From Macrostomum lignano (taxonomy: Eukaryota): a stretch of DNA of 64,000 nt. Positions 22,539-37,249 of the stretch are shown here, piece by piece. Below the pieces are notes generated by a model. That model did not search any database. It was given only the letters and a program-made list of their open reading frames with translations, and had not been told where the DNA came from. How positions within the stretch are numbered: the first letter of the stretch is position 1; each line of letters starts with the position of its first letter. The DNA lies in assembly GCA_002269645.1 (NCBI GenBank), contig NIVC01000105.1:349992-413991 (forward strand), in the 5' to 3' direction. A program made the translations under genes and the position numbers.

Positions 22539-25500
22539 TCAGTGGTTTAAACTCATTGGTCGGCTTTTACACGCACGTGGGTGAGCCCGCAGCGCAATGG
22601 ACTCGGGTGACTTCGGCCTGCCTTCGGTCGGTGGCGGCGTGGGCGGCGGTGGCGGGAAGTCGGCCGTCGGCAGGCGCTTGAGGTCCGTGATGTGGCGCAT
22701 GCAGGACTCGTGCGCTCTGCGCAGGATGAGGGAGTCGCCTTTGACCTCCTCGACGACCCACGGCTCTGGCTCGAAGGGTGTCTGCATTTTGGAGGCAGGG
22801 CGCCGCCTGCGCAGCACCGAGTCGCCTGCCATGATGTTGTGGCTGGCGGCTCTTCGGCGCTCATCTGCATGGCGCGCCATCCGTTGTTTGGCGGCGCTGT
22901 CGCGAGCCCTGACCGCGGCCAAAGTGCTGGGCACTCGGCTGCGCTGTCGCATGCTGGGGATGCAGTCTTGCACCTGTCGCTGGAACATCAGCTCCGCAGG
23001 GGTGGCTCCAGTGCTGCTGTGTGGCGTGTTGCGGTAGGCCTCCAGCCAGTCTTCGAGTGCGGCCCGCCAGTCGGATTTCTCGATGCTTGCGATGCGGATG
23101 ATCTTGTTAATCGAGCGGTTGATGCGTTCGGTGACTCCATTTGCTGCCGGGTGGTACGGAGTGATGGAGCGGTGCTGCACGCCGTTGCTGCGGAGGAAGT
23201 CGTGGAAGGCTTGCGAGCTGAACGGGGGCCCGTTGTCTGAGACGAGCTGCGCTGGTCTGCCGAACGTGGAGAATAGCTTCCGGAGCTGCTTGGTGACCGC
23301 CTCGGCTGTCATGGCCGACATGCTGATGACTATCGGATAGCGGGAGAAATGGTCAACTATGACGAGTAGATGCTTGTTTTGCACTGGCCCGGTGAAGTCG
23401 ATGCCCAGGGTGTGCCAGGCATGCGGTGGCAGTGGTGTGGCTTGCAGCGGCGCTGCTGGAACTTCGGCCTGATGACTCGCAGCTTGACACGGGAGGCAGA
23501 CGTTGCACATCCGCTGCGCCTGTCCTGCCATACCGGGCCACCAGACCTTCGCCGATAACCTCGCCTGCGTCTTCTTTGCTCCCTGGTGTCCTTGGTGAGC
23601 GAGCCGCAGCACCGTCAGCTGCAGCGCTTCGGGGACGACGATGCGCTGGCCTCTCAGTAGGATTCCGTCTGCTGCGGAGAGCTCCTGCTTGACTGCGTGC
23701 AGCGACCGCAAGGTAGCCTCTCGGAGATCCCACTTGCCGCCTCGGAGTGCTGAGATGGCTGCTTGGAGGGCTCCGTCTCTCGTTGTTGCATCCTTAAGCT
23801 GTTGCAGCGCCAGTCCCTTTGGGGTCGAGTCCTCGGCAATGCTGTTGATGTAGTGGTTGTCCCTGGTTGCTCCTGCGCTGGAGACCGCTGATGCTGGGAA
23901 GATTTGCCGGCTTAGGACGTCACTGGGATTGGTCGAGCCTGGCCTGTACATTGTCTCGAACACCAGGTCCTGGATGCTCAGTGCCATCCTCTCGATTCTT
24001 GGTGGCGGATGCGATCCTGGCTTAAATAGGTGCACCAGCGGCTTGTGGTCAGTGACGACCCGGAAACCGGACGAACCACTGAGGTAATGGCGGAAGCGAA
24101 GGCAACCGAATTTGACGGCGAGGGCTTCTCTTTCCGTCTGAGAATAGCGCGTCTCCACCGCTGACAGTGCGCGGCTTGCGTAGGCGATCGGTCGCAAGCT
24201 GCCGTCTGGCTGCTGTTGGCTGAGGATCGCTCCGAGTCCCGTCGGGCTGGCATCCACGATCACTTCTGTGGGTCTGCGCTTGTCAAAGAATGCCAGTGTG
24301 CTTCTCGCGGAGATCGAGTTCTTGATGGCGCTGAAAGCAGTCTCCTCAGCTGCTCCCCAGGACCACGGCGCATCCTTTCTGGTCAGATCTCGCAGGGGCT
24401 TGGCCATGTCTGACAGGGCTGGGATAAAGCGACTGACAAAAGCCACAAGGCCGAGAAAGGACCTCACTTCGGACGCGTTTTTCGGTGCTCTGAATGCTTT
24501 CACAGCGCTCACCTTCTCGTCTGTCGGTTGGATGCCCTTCTCGGACAGGCGCATAGCGAGAAACTTGGCCTCCTTGACGGCGAACTTGCACTTTGCCGGA
24601 TTTAAGGTGATGTTGTGCTCTTCTAGCCTTTGCAAGGTTGCCGCTAGCCGCTGGTTGTGCTCAATGATGGAGCTTGCATAGATGATAATGTCAGCGGACT
24701 CCTGGAAGCCCGCCGAGCACGCTGGTCATGACTCGTTGTAGAATCTCAGACGCTGACGTAAAGCCCATGCACAGGCGCGTCAGTCTCATGAGACCCTTCG
24801 GCGTCGAAAATGTCAGCAGGTGGCGCGAGTCTTCTCGGACGCGGATCTGGTGAAACGCCTTGTTGATGTCCAACTCGGTGAAGTAGCGCGCACCGGCCAT
24901 TTCATCAGTGACCTCTTCAAAAGTTGGTATGGGCTGTTTCTCGGGCACTACGAACTTGTTCACATCTCGCAGATCTTGGGTAATGCGCACTTGGCCAGGC
25001 TGCGACTTCGGGACAACAACTATTCGTGCCACCCATTCGGACGGTCCGGTCACTTTCTCGATTATTCCAGCCTGCAGTTGATCGTCGAGCTCGCGCTGCG
25101 CAGCCTCTCGCAGATGCACGGGGATGCGACTTGGCGGATGGCAGACCGGCACGGCTCCGTCTTGCAGGTGGATGCCAACTTCAACGTCCTTGACGCACCC
25201 AATTCCCACAAATAGCTGCCTGAAAGTCTTGATAATGTTGCTGAGGCGCTCGTGCTGTGGCATTGCCTGATCGTCTGCCTCCGTCGCTGCGGCCGCCAAT
25301 GCAGCGCTGAGTGGCTCATGGAGCTCACCAGAGTCTTTCAGATGACAGACGCTGGGATTGCTTGGTCCGATGCGTAGGATTCCCAGCTTCTCGCTGGTTT
25401 CGCGGCCCACGATCGTCGTGCCCGTCTCCTTGACAATGATGTAGCTAATGCTGGCGCTGACGTCATAAACGGCGGTCCGGAGGGTCGCTTTGCCAAGAGT

Positions 25501-26506
25501 GGTGAGGGATTCACTGGAGCCGAACGGGAAGATCCGCTGCTTTGACTCGCGAAGGTCGTCTGCCGTGCCTCCGATGGCCTTGAATGTTTTTGAGTCCATT
25601 AGATTGCAGCTTGCGCCGCTATCGATTAGCAGGTCTGTGGCGTGGCCGTTGATGTCTGCTTTAACGAGCGGCAGTCGCTTACGCTGTGGCGTCAGGCAGA
25701 ACACCTCGCAGCTGCTGTCGCTGTCTCGCTGTTGCTGATCACTCGGCTGCTCCTCGGCAATGGCGTGCACCTTTCTGGAGCTTGCGGGTTTGGACAAGCA
25801 CGCTTTTGCCAGGTGGCCGACCTTGTTGCAGTTCCGACACGTCTTTCCTCTGGCCGCCTCGCACGTTCGGTGGCCCGACTCTCCACAGCGGATGCACTTT
25901 GTTCTGGTTCGCTCCGGTCGGTCTGGCTTTTCGATACGCCGCATTGCGTTCACAGACTCGCTCTTCCGCGCTTCGATAACTGCAGATTGAAGGTCGGCCG
26001 CCTCGAATGCCCTGGCTTGCTGCAGCGCTTCTTTGAGCTGGATATTGGGTGTCTGCAGCAACCTGCGCCGGAGCTGGTCTGACTGGCAGCCGGCGACAAT
26101 TTGGTCTCGGATGATGAGATCCCGCTGAGTCTCGAATTCACATCCTTCTGCAGCCTTGAACAGCCGTTGCACCCAGGCGTTGATGGCTTCGCCGGGCTGC
26201 TGCGTGCAGTGCCGGAATTCATATCGCACGAATACCGGGTTGTCTGCTCTTGAAGTACTCTTTGAGGGCGTCCAGGAGCTCTTCGAGGGTCTTGCCTGGC
26301 CTCGTGAGTTCTGCGTACGCTTCAGCCACCTGTTTGCCGCCGACGTAAAGTAGAATCTCTCGTTGTTGACTTGCATCTGTTATGCCGCTTGCAGTCACAA
26401 AGCACTTGAATCGGTTGGCCCATTCTGCCCACCGTGCTGAGAGGTTGTGTGGCTCTTTCTGAGTATCGAAAGGCTCAGGCGGGGGCAGTTGTAGAGGCAC
26501 AGACAT
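22539..26506 (-). pseudogene. gag-pol of LTR element 2, with a gag frameshift and a lesion at the RT active site
   Basis: Gag ATG at 26506; CIRCGESGH and CRNCNKVGHLAKAC knuckles; LIDSGASCNL protease; RT ELDINKAFHQI; RNaseH DASPTGLGA and YSQTEREALA; integrase DFTGP and SDNGPPF. Frame changes near 26280 and 24695. Confidence 0.9.
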
Positions 26507-26789
26507 TCCTGCTAGCGATGCCAATGTAGATTTGTTTTAGGGGTAAGAAAAGGCTTGGCCACTGCGAGGCCTTGAGCGCCAATATATATATTTAGAAATC
26601 GATATTTGCGTGGGGTGGAGTTGCGCCTGATAAACAAGAAGCGTGCAAGCTGATTGGCTGCAGAGCGACGGGGGCAGGCATTGTACACTCGAGGGTCAGA
26701 GAGTTAAACGGTGTACGGCCAACAAGTCTTATGAAGAGAATTTGATGGAGTTCTGTTTCACGAAGAGGATTTTGATTGATTTGGCACAT

Positions 26790-27680
26790 TAAATCAGTCA
26801 GAGAAGAGAGTAAAGAGAAGAGAGGAGAGATGATAGAAAAGAAAGCAGATATGAGAGAGGACGGATTAGAGATGACAGATAGGTGAGAAAGGGGGATGAG
26901 AGAAAAGGGGAGGGGAGGGGAGGAGGCGGGAATGAAGAGGGAGAGAGGAGGAGAGAGGAGATGAGAGGGGAGATATGAGATAGCAGAGAGGAGACAGGAG
27001 AGATGAGAGGAAAGAAAAGAGAGGATGGATAAGAGCGTACAGAGGAAATAGAAGCGAGGAGAGAGTATAGGAGAGAAAAAAGATGAGAGATGAGAGATGC
27101 AAGATGCGAGAGTAAAGAGTAATAAAGAGTAGAGAGTAACGACGTAAGACAAGGGAGAATATATAAATAAGGTAGTAGAGATGAGAGGGGAGAGAGGTGA
27201 GAGAAGCGAGAGGGGAAGGGAGAAAGGACAGAGAAGAGAGATTAAAAGATCAGAGATGAGAGAGTTAAGAGATTTAGAGAAGAAAGCACTGAGGAGAAAG
27301 AAGAGGATAAAGATGAGAGTGCAGAGAGGAGAGACTAGATATGCAATGAGAAAATAAATGAGTGAGAAAAGAGAGAGAAAAGATTAGAGATTATAGAAAA
27401 GACGGAAAATGAGAGGAGAAAGGAGAAGAGAGAAGAGAAAATGAAAAGGAGAGAAAAGAGAGAACAGAGGAGACAGGAGATGGTAGAAAGGAGGGAAGAA
27501 AGATGGGATGGGATAGGAGATAAGAAAGGAGAGGGTCAGAGTGTATCGGAGGCAGAAAAGAGAAGACTGAGAGGGTAGAGGAGAGACCATAGATAAGTGA
27601 GAAGAGATGAGATATGAAAGGGGAGAGATGAGAGAGAAGAAAGGAGAAAGGAGACATGAGAGTCTGAGTCTGGACAATAG
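26790..27680. repeat. GA-rich low-complexity region
   Basis: Purine-rich plus strand with only spurious S/L/F-rich antisense ORFs. Confidence 0.85.
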
Positions 27681-29316
27681 TAGTCAGTTTTTGCAAACAG
27701 GGAAAACAATATATGGACAATATATTTGAAAGGTTTTGTAAAGAATTTGGAGACAATTAGGAAGATGGGGTTCAAGACATGGAATTTCAGCTGATGAATT
27801 TCAGGGAATAGAATTCCGGTGATGGAAGTTCTTCCCCTTTTTCCTCCAAAGGAGGAGTTCGACTCGTTCTGTTATAAATGTATCTATACTGTATATATAC
27901 ATGTTATATGTTCCAAGTAAATAATTTTGAGCTGTACATGGCATCGTAGATTTTAGCTACTCAAGTAAGTGTAAGAATTCAAAAAGAAGTGAGGAACATG
28001 TAACACAGGTTACAACAGAGAATCGGAGAAATTAATTATTTTTTAACTCTGATACCTAAACTATTTTTTGTGTCAACAAAAAGTATTTTTTGAGACTTGT
28101 CACCTGTTGCCATGATAAACTATCTTTTCAATCATTTTTTAAAATAAACTTTAAAGAAGAAGCTACGTGACTTTTACTCCAACTTTATACGTTACTATGA
28201 CACCAAACAAACGTAACTCTTAAATACAAAAAATTGTCTGATTTAAAAAGTATTAAAATGACATTTGTTTGGCACTATAGTAAAAGTAACTTTAAACAAG
28301 ATAAAACATATCTGATCTGTATCCCCCATGTCACGGAAAGAGTCATCGGGAACGCTCAAAAAAGGAGCGAAAGACTGATTATTTTTGACTGCCTCATTCA
28401 TCTTGTTCGAATTGTAGATAAAATATGGAGCTAGTTAATTGGCTAAATTGAATAAACACAAAAAATTTTTTGACCCCTAAGTTTCTCTTACATCAATCAT
28501 AAAATAGACCTCTTTGGCTAGCACAATTAAAACAAAAGTAGGTAGCTCGAGATGACATTTTTGAAAAATTATCAAGTTCAAAAACTTACCGCTCACTGTT
28601 CAGTAGGCGCAAGTGAACTCACAATCTGTTGTACTGTAGTTTTTAAGTATGTTGAACAAGTCTAGCCTTGTCTTGATCAGATCCTGCGTTAGTTCTAGCA
28701 TTTTCCTTCAATATATACATATAGTTTAAAATTGAGTTTAAAATAATCAATATAGGGAGGGGTAAGTGTCCTACAACGCCCAAAAAATGTACGCCCTCAG
28801 TGCCCATTTTTACACACAAGGGTGAGCTGAAGCACTATAGGATTATGTGCTTGCGGAATTAGGAGCTTTAGGCAAAGACAATGGTTACAAAGCTCAATAT
28901 CCACAGATCAGATCGAAGATCTCTGTTCGATTAGCATGCGTGTCGCCACATTGAATTAAACAATTCTATTTTGCTGACTAACTAAAAAACTGGAGCCGAA
29001 AATATAAACTAAAGAATTTATCGCTCTGGACTCTGCCCTGAGCACTGAGTCAGTTTTGCCCATTCCTCTGGACTCTGAGCATATACATGCAATAAACTCA
29101 GCAAAAATTTCAAATTTCCTGCACCCCGAAACGTGCGGTAAACTTTTCTCAGACCTTCATCAGCCCTCAGGTGACGCAATTAAAACCGCGTCACAGAAGA
29201 CCCCAGCTTGAGCTGGTGAGGATCAGAGAGTGGCTGATCGTACATGTACAATAAGCGGGCGAATATTTACTGATTACACCAGGGATTCACGATCTTACAT
29301 GACACAGTGGTGTACT

Positions 29317-30140
29317 CTGTAGCTGGCGCCCCTCTGTAGCTGGCGTACCCTTATCTGTAGCTGGCGCCCCTCTGTAGCTGGCGTACCCTTATCTGTAGCT
29401 GGCGCCCCCTCTGTAGGTGGCGTACCCTTATCTGTAGCTGGCGCCCCCTCATGTAGCTGGCGTACCCTTATCTGTAGCTGGCGCCCCTCTGTAGCTGGCG
29501 TACCCTTATCTGTAGCTGGCGCCCCTCTGTAGCTGGCGTACCCTTATCTGTAGCTGGCGCCCCCTCTGTGGCTGGCGTACCCTTATCTGTAGCTGGCGCC
29601 CCTCTGTAGCTGGCGTACCCTTATCTGTAGCTGGCGCCCCCTCTGTAGCTGGCGTACCCTTATCTGTAGCTGGCGCCCCTCTGTAGCTGGCGTACCCTTA
29701 TCTGTAGCTGGCGTACCCTTATCTGTAGCTGGCGTACCCTTATCTGTAGCTGGCGCCCCCTCTGTAGCTGGCGTACCCTTATCTGTAGCTGGCGCCCCCT
29801 CTGTAGCTGGCGTACCCTTATCTGTAGCTGGCGCCCCCTCATGTAGCTGGCGTACCCTTATCTGTAGCTGGCGCCCCCTCTGTAGCTGGCGTACCCTTAT
29901 CTGTAGCTGGCGCCCCCTCATGTAGCTGGCGTACCCTTATCTGTAGCTGGCGCCCCCTCTGTAGCTGGCGCCCCCTCTGTAGCTGGTGTACCCTTATCTG
30001 TAGCTGGCGCCCCCTCTCTGTAGCTGGCGCCCCCTCTGTAAATGACGCCCTCTCATGTAGCTGGCGCCCCTCATGTAGCTGGCGCCCCCTCATGTAGCTG
30101 GCGCCCACCTCTGTAGCTGGCGCCCACCTCTGTAGCTGGA
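29317..30140. repeat. Minisatellite CTGTAGCTGGCGCCCCCT / CTGTAGCTGGCGTACCCTTAT in the 3' flank of the full AMPD gene
   Basis: Alternating units of about 17-21 bp; same family as 2586-3150. Confidence 0.92.
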
Positions 30141-30750
30141 GCCCTTAAGAGATTTCAAGCATTGCACATAAAAATTTCAGATATGAAAAAAAGAAATAAA
30201 AAAACAGAACAGGCTACTTTTAGTAGTTTCTGGATATTCCAATTAAAACATCCACGATTCCACACTATAATATATTTGACGGTATACAAATTATAACTAA
30301 ACACCTACTGAAGATTCTTGTGCACGTAGCGTGTACTCGTATGTAGAATAAAAAAGAACTTCGCCGAAAAATCGGGGCTATAGTGACAACTAACTATAAT
30401 AATTATGCATGATTACTACAAAATAAAATATAACCAATATATTGATGTAAATAGTGAATAAAAATGTTTAAAAAACACAGCAAGCTTTTAGAGAGTACTA
30501 TATATTAATAAAAAATTGTAATGCGAAATAGCAAGTGTAAGTATAAGGTGGTGACTGTATCAATAATAAAAAACTTTTATAATCAGGCATGTGAAGAAGT
30601 CCAAAAATCGAATGGAATCATTAAAACAAACACTAGAGCTGATTTGAAATCATCTAATCTATTAATGCTGACATTAAAGCTATAATAAAGCATGCTTTGT
30701 TTACGAAGTACTTCAATCAGATTTAAGCACATCTCAGGTTAATTAAGGAC

Positions 30751-33700
30751 TTATCCCTCATCCTCGAACAGCACACTCATTGACTTTGTCCTTGTGGACA
30801 TTGCGGCTGGCACTGCGGATTGGCAAATGGGGATGAATGTAATTAAGTCATAGGCCTTCAAAATAGTGATTCCTATCTATCCTATCCTATCCTATCTTGA
30901 TTCTTCCCCTCCCATCCCATCCCGATTCTCTCTATCCCATCCTGATTCTTCCCACCCCATCCTGATTCTTCCCATCCCATCCTGATTCTTCCCATCCCAT
31001 CCTGATTCTTCCCACCCCATCCTGATTCTTCCCACCCCATCCTGATTCTTCCCATCCCATTCTATCCCATCTTGATTCTTCCCCTCCCATCCCATCCCGA
31101 TTCTCTCTATCCCATCCTGATTCTTCCCACCCCATCCTGATTCTTCCCATCCCATCCTGATTCTTCCCATCCCATCCTGATTCTTCCCATCCCATCCTGA
31201 TTCTTCCCACCCCATCCTGATTCTTCCCACCCCATCCTGATTCTTCCCACCCCATCCTGATTCTTCCCATCCCATCCTGATTATTCCCATCCCATCCTGA
31301 TTCTTCCCACCCCATCCTGATTCTTCCCACCCCATCCTGATTCTTCCCACCCCATCCTGATTCTTCCCATCCCATCCTGATTCTTCCCATCCCATCCTGA
31401 TTCTTCCCACCCCATCCTGATTCTTCCCACCCCATCCTGATTCTTCCCACCCCATCCTGATTCTTCCCATCCCATCCTGATTCTTCCCATCCCATCCCAT
31501 CCCGATTCTTCCCATCCCATCCCGATTCTTCCCATCCCATCCCGATTCTTACCATCCCATCCCATCCCGATTCTTCCCATCCCATCCCATCCCGATTCTT
31601 CCTATCCCATCCCATCCTGATTCTTACCATCCCATCCCATCCCATCCAGATTCTTCCCATCCCATCCCGATTCTTCCCATCCCATCCCATCCCGATTCTT
31701 CCCATCCCACCCCGATTCTTCCCAAACAGCCACAGGACCCACCCGACAAGCCGCTGTGCCCGCTGTGAGCTCTCGACCTCGGATTAGCGGTGGTAACCAG
31801 GGCCAATTCGTGCAGCAGATTCTCGAAACGAAACGCCACTCGAACGTTAGGCAGATTAGTGTACCGAATATCGTTGCCAAGGACGCCTTCGTGTTGATAG
31901 GCCGGGCCGAGCCAACGCTTCTTCACTTCGTGAGGAAATCCGGACATGATTACAGAGTTCCTGGCCAGCTCGCACATGTCTGTGTTGGTGAGCTTCCACA
32001 CCTGGGCCGCGATAGAGTACTCTTCCATCAGCGGCTCCTTGGTGAAGTGGAACATCAGCGGATCATCCGTGCTCAGCGTCACGCACAGGCCTTTGGCGTG
32101 AAAGTCTGGCAAGGGACTGCGGCTGTAGGGCAGGAACAGGCTGTTGTTGGAGAGCGGCGACATGGCCATGGGCACCTGGGCCAGGTAGTACAGGTACTGC
32201 AGCACCGGTGCCTGCGGGCGAGAGGGGGGGGGTGAAGATTGTAACAAGGGAATTTCATGGCGCTGTGCAGTGAGGGACAAGTTGTGATGGAGCAGCAACT
32301 GAGGATCTGGGAGGCTGGCCCAGCAACTAAGGATCTGGGAGGCTGGCCCAGCAACTGAGGATCTGGGAGGCTGGCCCAGCAACTAAGGATCTGGGAGGCT
32401 GGCACAGCAACTGAGGATCTGGGAAGCTGGCACAGCAACTGAGGATCTGGGAGGCTGGTGGCCTAGCAACTGAGGATCTGGGAGGTTGGTGGCCCAGCAA
32501 CTGAGGATCTGGGAGGTTGGTGGCCCAGCAACTGAGGATCTGGGAGGTTGGCCAAGCAACTGGGGATCTGGGAGGCTGGCCCAGCAACTAAGGATCTGGG
32601 AGGCTGGCACAGCAACTGAGGATCTGGGAAGCTGGCACAGCAACTGGGGATCTGGGAGGTTGGCCCAGCAACTAAGGATCTGGGAGGCTGGCACAGCAAC
32701 TGAGGATCTGGGAAGCTGGCACAGCAACTGAGGATCTGGGAGGCTGGTGGCCCAGCAACTGAGGATCTGGGAAGCTGGCACAGCAACTGAGGATCTGGGA
32801 GGCTGGTGGCCCAGCAACTGAGGATCTGGGAGGTTGGTGGCCCAGCAACTGAGGATCTGGGAGGTTGGTGGCCCAGCAACTGAGGATCTGGGAGGTTGGC
32901 CAAGCAACTGGGGATCTGGGAGGCTGGCCCAGCAACTGGGGATCTGGGAGGCTGGCACAGCAACTGAGGATCTGGGAGGCTGGCACAGCAACTGAGGATC
33001 TGGGAGGCTGGCACAGCAACTGAGGATCTGGGAGGCTGGTGGCCCAGCAACTGAGGATCTGGGAGGCTGGCCCAGCAACTGAGGATCTGGGGGGCTGGCC
33101 CAGCAACTGGAAGATCTGGGAGGCTGGCCAAGCAACTGGGGATCTGGGAGGCTGGCCCAGCAACTGGGGATCTGGGAGGCTGGCCCAGCAACTGGGGATC
33201 TGGGAGGCTGGCCAAGCAACTGAGGATCTGGGAGGCTGGCCCAGCAACTGAGAAGCAACACAGCCAACCTTTCTGAGCAGCAGGCCGTGGCTAATATTGT
33301 CAGCCAGCAGGAAGGCGGTTGCCAGATGATGCACAGGTCCAGCCTCGCCACAGTGCGGCCTGAGAACGATCGGTTGCAGGCCTCGCTCCCGTCTCAGAGC
33401 GTTCAGCGGCACCAGGTTAGCGTACAGGTAGTACAGGTAGTAAGCGTACGGCGGGTTGCGCTGACTCTCCGTCCATTCGGCCGGTTCCGGGGAGTCGTGA
33501 TCGAACACCACGGACTCTGACTTGGACTCGTCATCTACTGAGTCGAATGCGACAACCTGCCAAAACAATGCAGTGTATTGCAGCAGCCAGGAATCTGCGA
33601 TTACTACGTTGCTTTCACGTTATTCAACGTGTTAACCCGGATGGTATAGCATGAGAGATGGATTGTCACTTTAATTTATGGTTTCGCATTTTTCAACTCA

Positions 33701-36700
33701 GTGATTCGGATTTCCCACTTAGAATATGGACTTTCTCACCCACAGTAAGTAATTGGGATTTACCTACATCAATTGGCAGTTCCCCACAGCAATAGGGATT
33801 TCCTCACGGCAATAGGGATTTTCCGACAATAATAGGGATTTCTCCACAGAAAAGGAATTTCCCATGGTAATAGAGACTTCCCCACGAAAATAGGGATTTC
33901 CCACAGTAATAGGGATTTCCTCACAGCAACAGGGATTCCCTACAGTAGTATGGATTTCCCACAGTAATAGGGATTTCCTCACAGCAACAGGGATTTCCCT
34001 ACAGTAGTATGGATTTCCCAAAAGTAATAGGGATTTCCTCACAGTGATTGGGATTTTCCCATAGCAATTGGGATTTTCCTAAAGCAACTGGGATTTCCCC
34101 ATAGCAATTGGGATTTCTAAACAGAAATTGGGATTTCCCCACTGGGATTGAGAATTCACTTCAGAGATTAGAAAATACACATCACGGAAAAAACACGGGA
34201 GCAGTGAACTGACCGACTGCATAAACACGAACAGATGCGGATGCGAACTCGGATCGATAGTGGCCTCAAACAGCGGCCGGAATAAATTGTCCAGAAATGT
34301 CTGGAAATTGTCCAACTGGCCGTGACGACGGTACACATCGAACAGGCGGGGAATCTGGATCATCCAGCGGACATTGTCGTTGAACTCGGTCAGGCCGTGG
34401 TGCAGTGCCCACTGAGCCAACTTGTCCCATTCGTCGGCAGACCTACCGTAGATTGACAGCCTCAGCTCGGCATTCTGATAGCGCGACTCCTTCAGGTCGT
34501 TCATCACCTCGCGCAGGATCTCGGCAAAGAACCTGCCGCCAATATGATTGTCAGTCTTTAGGAACACCTCCCTCAGGTGGTTCCTACCCAGCGGGTTGTA
34601 TTTGGAATTGAATTTGTCGAATCGTTGGAAAGTGTGCCTATCGGCGTGAACATCCAGCATGTCGATGTTCAGATCGTAGTCCGTGATCTTCATGGCTTCG
34701 AAAATCTGCTTGAGCGATAGGAGCTCGCCGCTGCGGTCTACGTACACCTGGGATTAACAAATTTTGCGATTTTTAATGATTAACTGCTTTTCACATTCTT
34801 TAGAGACATTTAGTGAGCTATCCTCAGGTGCCTCGGTGAGCTATCCTCAGGTGCCTCAGGGAGCTATCCTCAGGTGCCTCAGGGAGCTATCCTCAGGTGC
34901 CTCAGTGAGCTATCCTCAGGTGCCTCAGGTGCCTCAGTGAGCTATCCTCAGGTGCCTCAGGTGCCTCGGTGAGCTATCCTCAGGTGCCTCAGGGAGCTAT
35001 CCTCAGGTGCCTCAGTGAGCTATCCTCAGGTGCCTCAGGTGCCTCAGTGAGCTATCCTCAGGTGCCTCAGGTGCCTCGGTGAGCTATCCTCAGGTGCCTC
35101 AGGGAGCTATCCTCAGGTGCCTCAGTGAGCTATCCTCAGGTGCCTCAGGGAGCTATCCTCAGGTGCCTCAGTGAGCTATCCTCAGGTGCCTCAGTGAGCT
35201 ATCCTCAGGTGCCTCAGGGAGCTATCCTCAGGTGCCTCAGGGAGCTATCCTCAGGTGCCTCAGTGAGCTATCCTCAGGTGCCTCAGGGAGCTATCCTCAG
35301 GTGCCTCAGGGAGCTATCCTCAGGTGCCTCAGTGAGCTATCCTCAGGTGCCTCAGGGAGCTATCCTCAGGTGCCTCAGTGAGCTATCCTCAGGTGCCTCA
35401 GTGAGCTATCCTCAGGTGCCTCAGTGAGCTATCCTCAGGTGCCTCAGTGAGCTATCCTCAGGTGCCTCAGTGAGCTATCCTCAGGTGCCTCAGTGAGCTA
35501 TCCTCAGGTGCCTCAGTGAGCTATCCTCAGGTGCCTCAGTGAGCTATCCTCAGGTGCCTCAGTGAGCTATCCTCAGGTGCCTCAGTGAGCTATCCTCAGG
35601 AGCCTCAGTGAGCTATCCTCAGGTGCCTCAGTGAGCTATCCTCAGGTGCCTCAGTGAGCTATCCTCAGGTGCCTCAGTGAGCTATCCTCAGGTGCCTCAG
35701 TGAGCTATCCTCAGGTGCCTCAGTGAGCTATCCTCAGGTGCCTCAGTGAGCTATCCTCAGGTGCCTCAGGGAGCTATCCTCAGGTGCCTCAGTGAGCTAT
35801 CCTCAGGTGCCTCAGTGAGCTATCCTCAGGTGCCTCAGTGAGCTATCCTCAGGTGCCTCAGTGAGCTATCCTCAGGTGCCTCAGTGAGCTATCCTCAGGT
35901 GCCTCAGTGAGCTATCCTCAGGTGCCTCAGTGAGCTATCCTCAGGTACTTCAGTAATCCACCTCAGAAATCTTCACAAATCCACTCTCAGAAATCTTCAC
36001 AAATCCACCTCAGAAATCTTCACAAATCCACTCTCAGAAATCTTCACAAATCCACTCTTAGAAATCTTCAGTAATCCACCTCAGAAATCTTCACAAATCC
36101 ACTCTTAGAAATCTTCAGTAATCCACTCTAGAAATCTTCAGTAATCCACCTCAGAAATCGTCAGTAATCCATCTCAGAAATCGTCAGTAATCTACTCTAG
36201 AAATCTTCAGTAATCCATCTCAGAAATCGTCAGTAATCCATCTCAGAAATCGTCAGTAATCCACTCTAGAAATCTTCAGTAATCCACCTCAGAAATCGTC
36301 AGTAATCCATCTCAGAAATCGTCAGTAATCTACTCTAGAAATCTTCAGTAATCCATCTCAGAAATCTTAAGTCAAAATCATAAATCAAAATTTCCAACCT
36401 TCTCATCCGGATGTTTCTTAAGCGATCGCTTGATGAACTTGAGCAGGTGTTTCTGGTTCATAGCCGAAGAAGCGTGAATGTGATTGTCCACCTTGCGAAT
36501 ATTATAGAAATCCCTATGAGGCACTAGTTTCTGTTCGGCACTCTCAGTCAATTCGTTCAACAAGCTGTGCAGCTGATACTTGGACTGCAGACAAGTCAGC
36601 CGACGAAAGCAATAACTTTTCAATGGACCATTCGATGTCAGAGCAATCAAAATCTTGTGCTCTGTAACAAAAGCGTCCTTATCTACGTAGGGAATTTTCA

Positions 36701-37215
36701 AACAATTAAATTGCGACTCCGTTGCTGGGCAGTTGGTTAGACGAAACACGCCAGACTCGATTGACAAATTGATTGGCAGAGAATCTTTAGGCAGACTGTC
36801 CAGAGTGTACTCTGGCTGGTGATGGTGGTGGTGATGGTGATGAGGCTGAGGCGGAGGCTGCAACAGGTGATCTGAAGGTGGCGCATCTGCTCCCGAAGTA
36901 GAAGACTGCGGAACTTGTAAGGTAGTGCTAGCACTACTAGTAGTAGTAGCCACCGCCGTGTTGACACCGCTGGTGCTTCGACAAAGGTACCTGAGTGTGA
37001 TTGCGTTTGTAGTAGACTGATCATGTCATTTGTAATGCATGAATTTTAATTCATTTTAAGGTGACTCTGGGACTCTGATGGCGACTCACCGTGCACTACT
37101 TCTAAATACCGCTAAACTACTAAATATCAGTACCTACTACTTCTATCACTAATACTAGTACAACTACAACTATTGCTACTACTACTACTACTACTACTAT
37201 TACTGTTACTACTAT

Positions 37216-37249
<34 letters not shown>

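Larger units (their letters stand above)
21685..26724 (-). mobile_element. Ty3/Gypsy LTR retrotransposon (Mag-like), structurally complete, recent insertion
   Basis: Identical 200-bp LTRs at 21685-21884 and 26525-26724 (TG...CA), 5-bp TSD AGTCT at 21680-21684 and 26725-26729, PBS TGGCATCGCTAGCAGG and PPT GGGGAAGGA on the minus strand. Confidence 0.97.
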
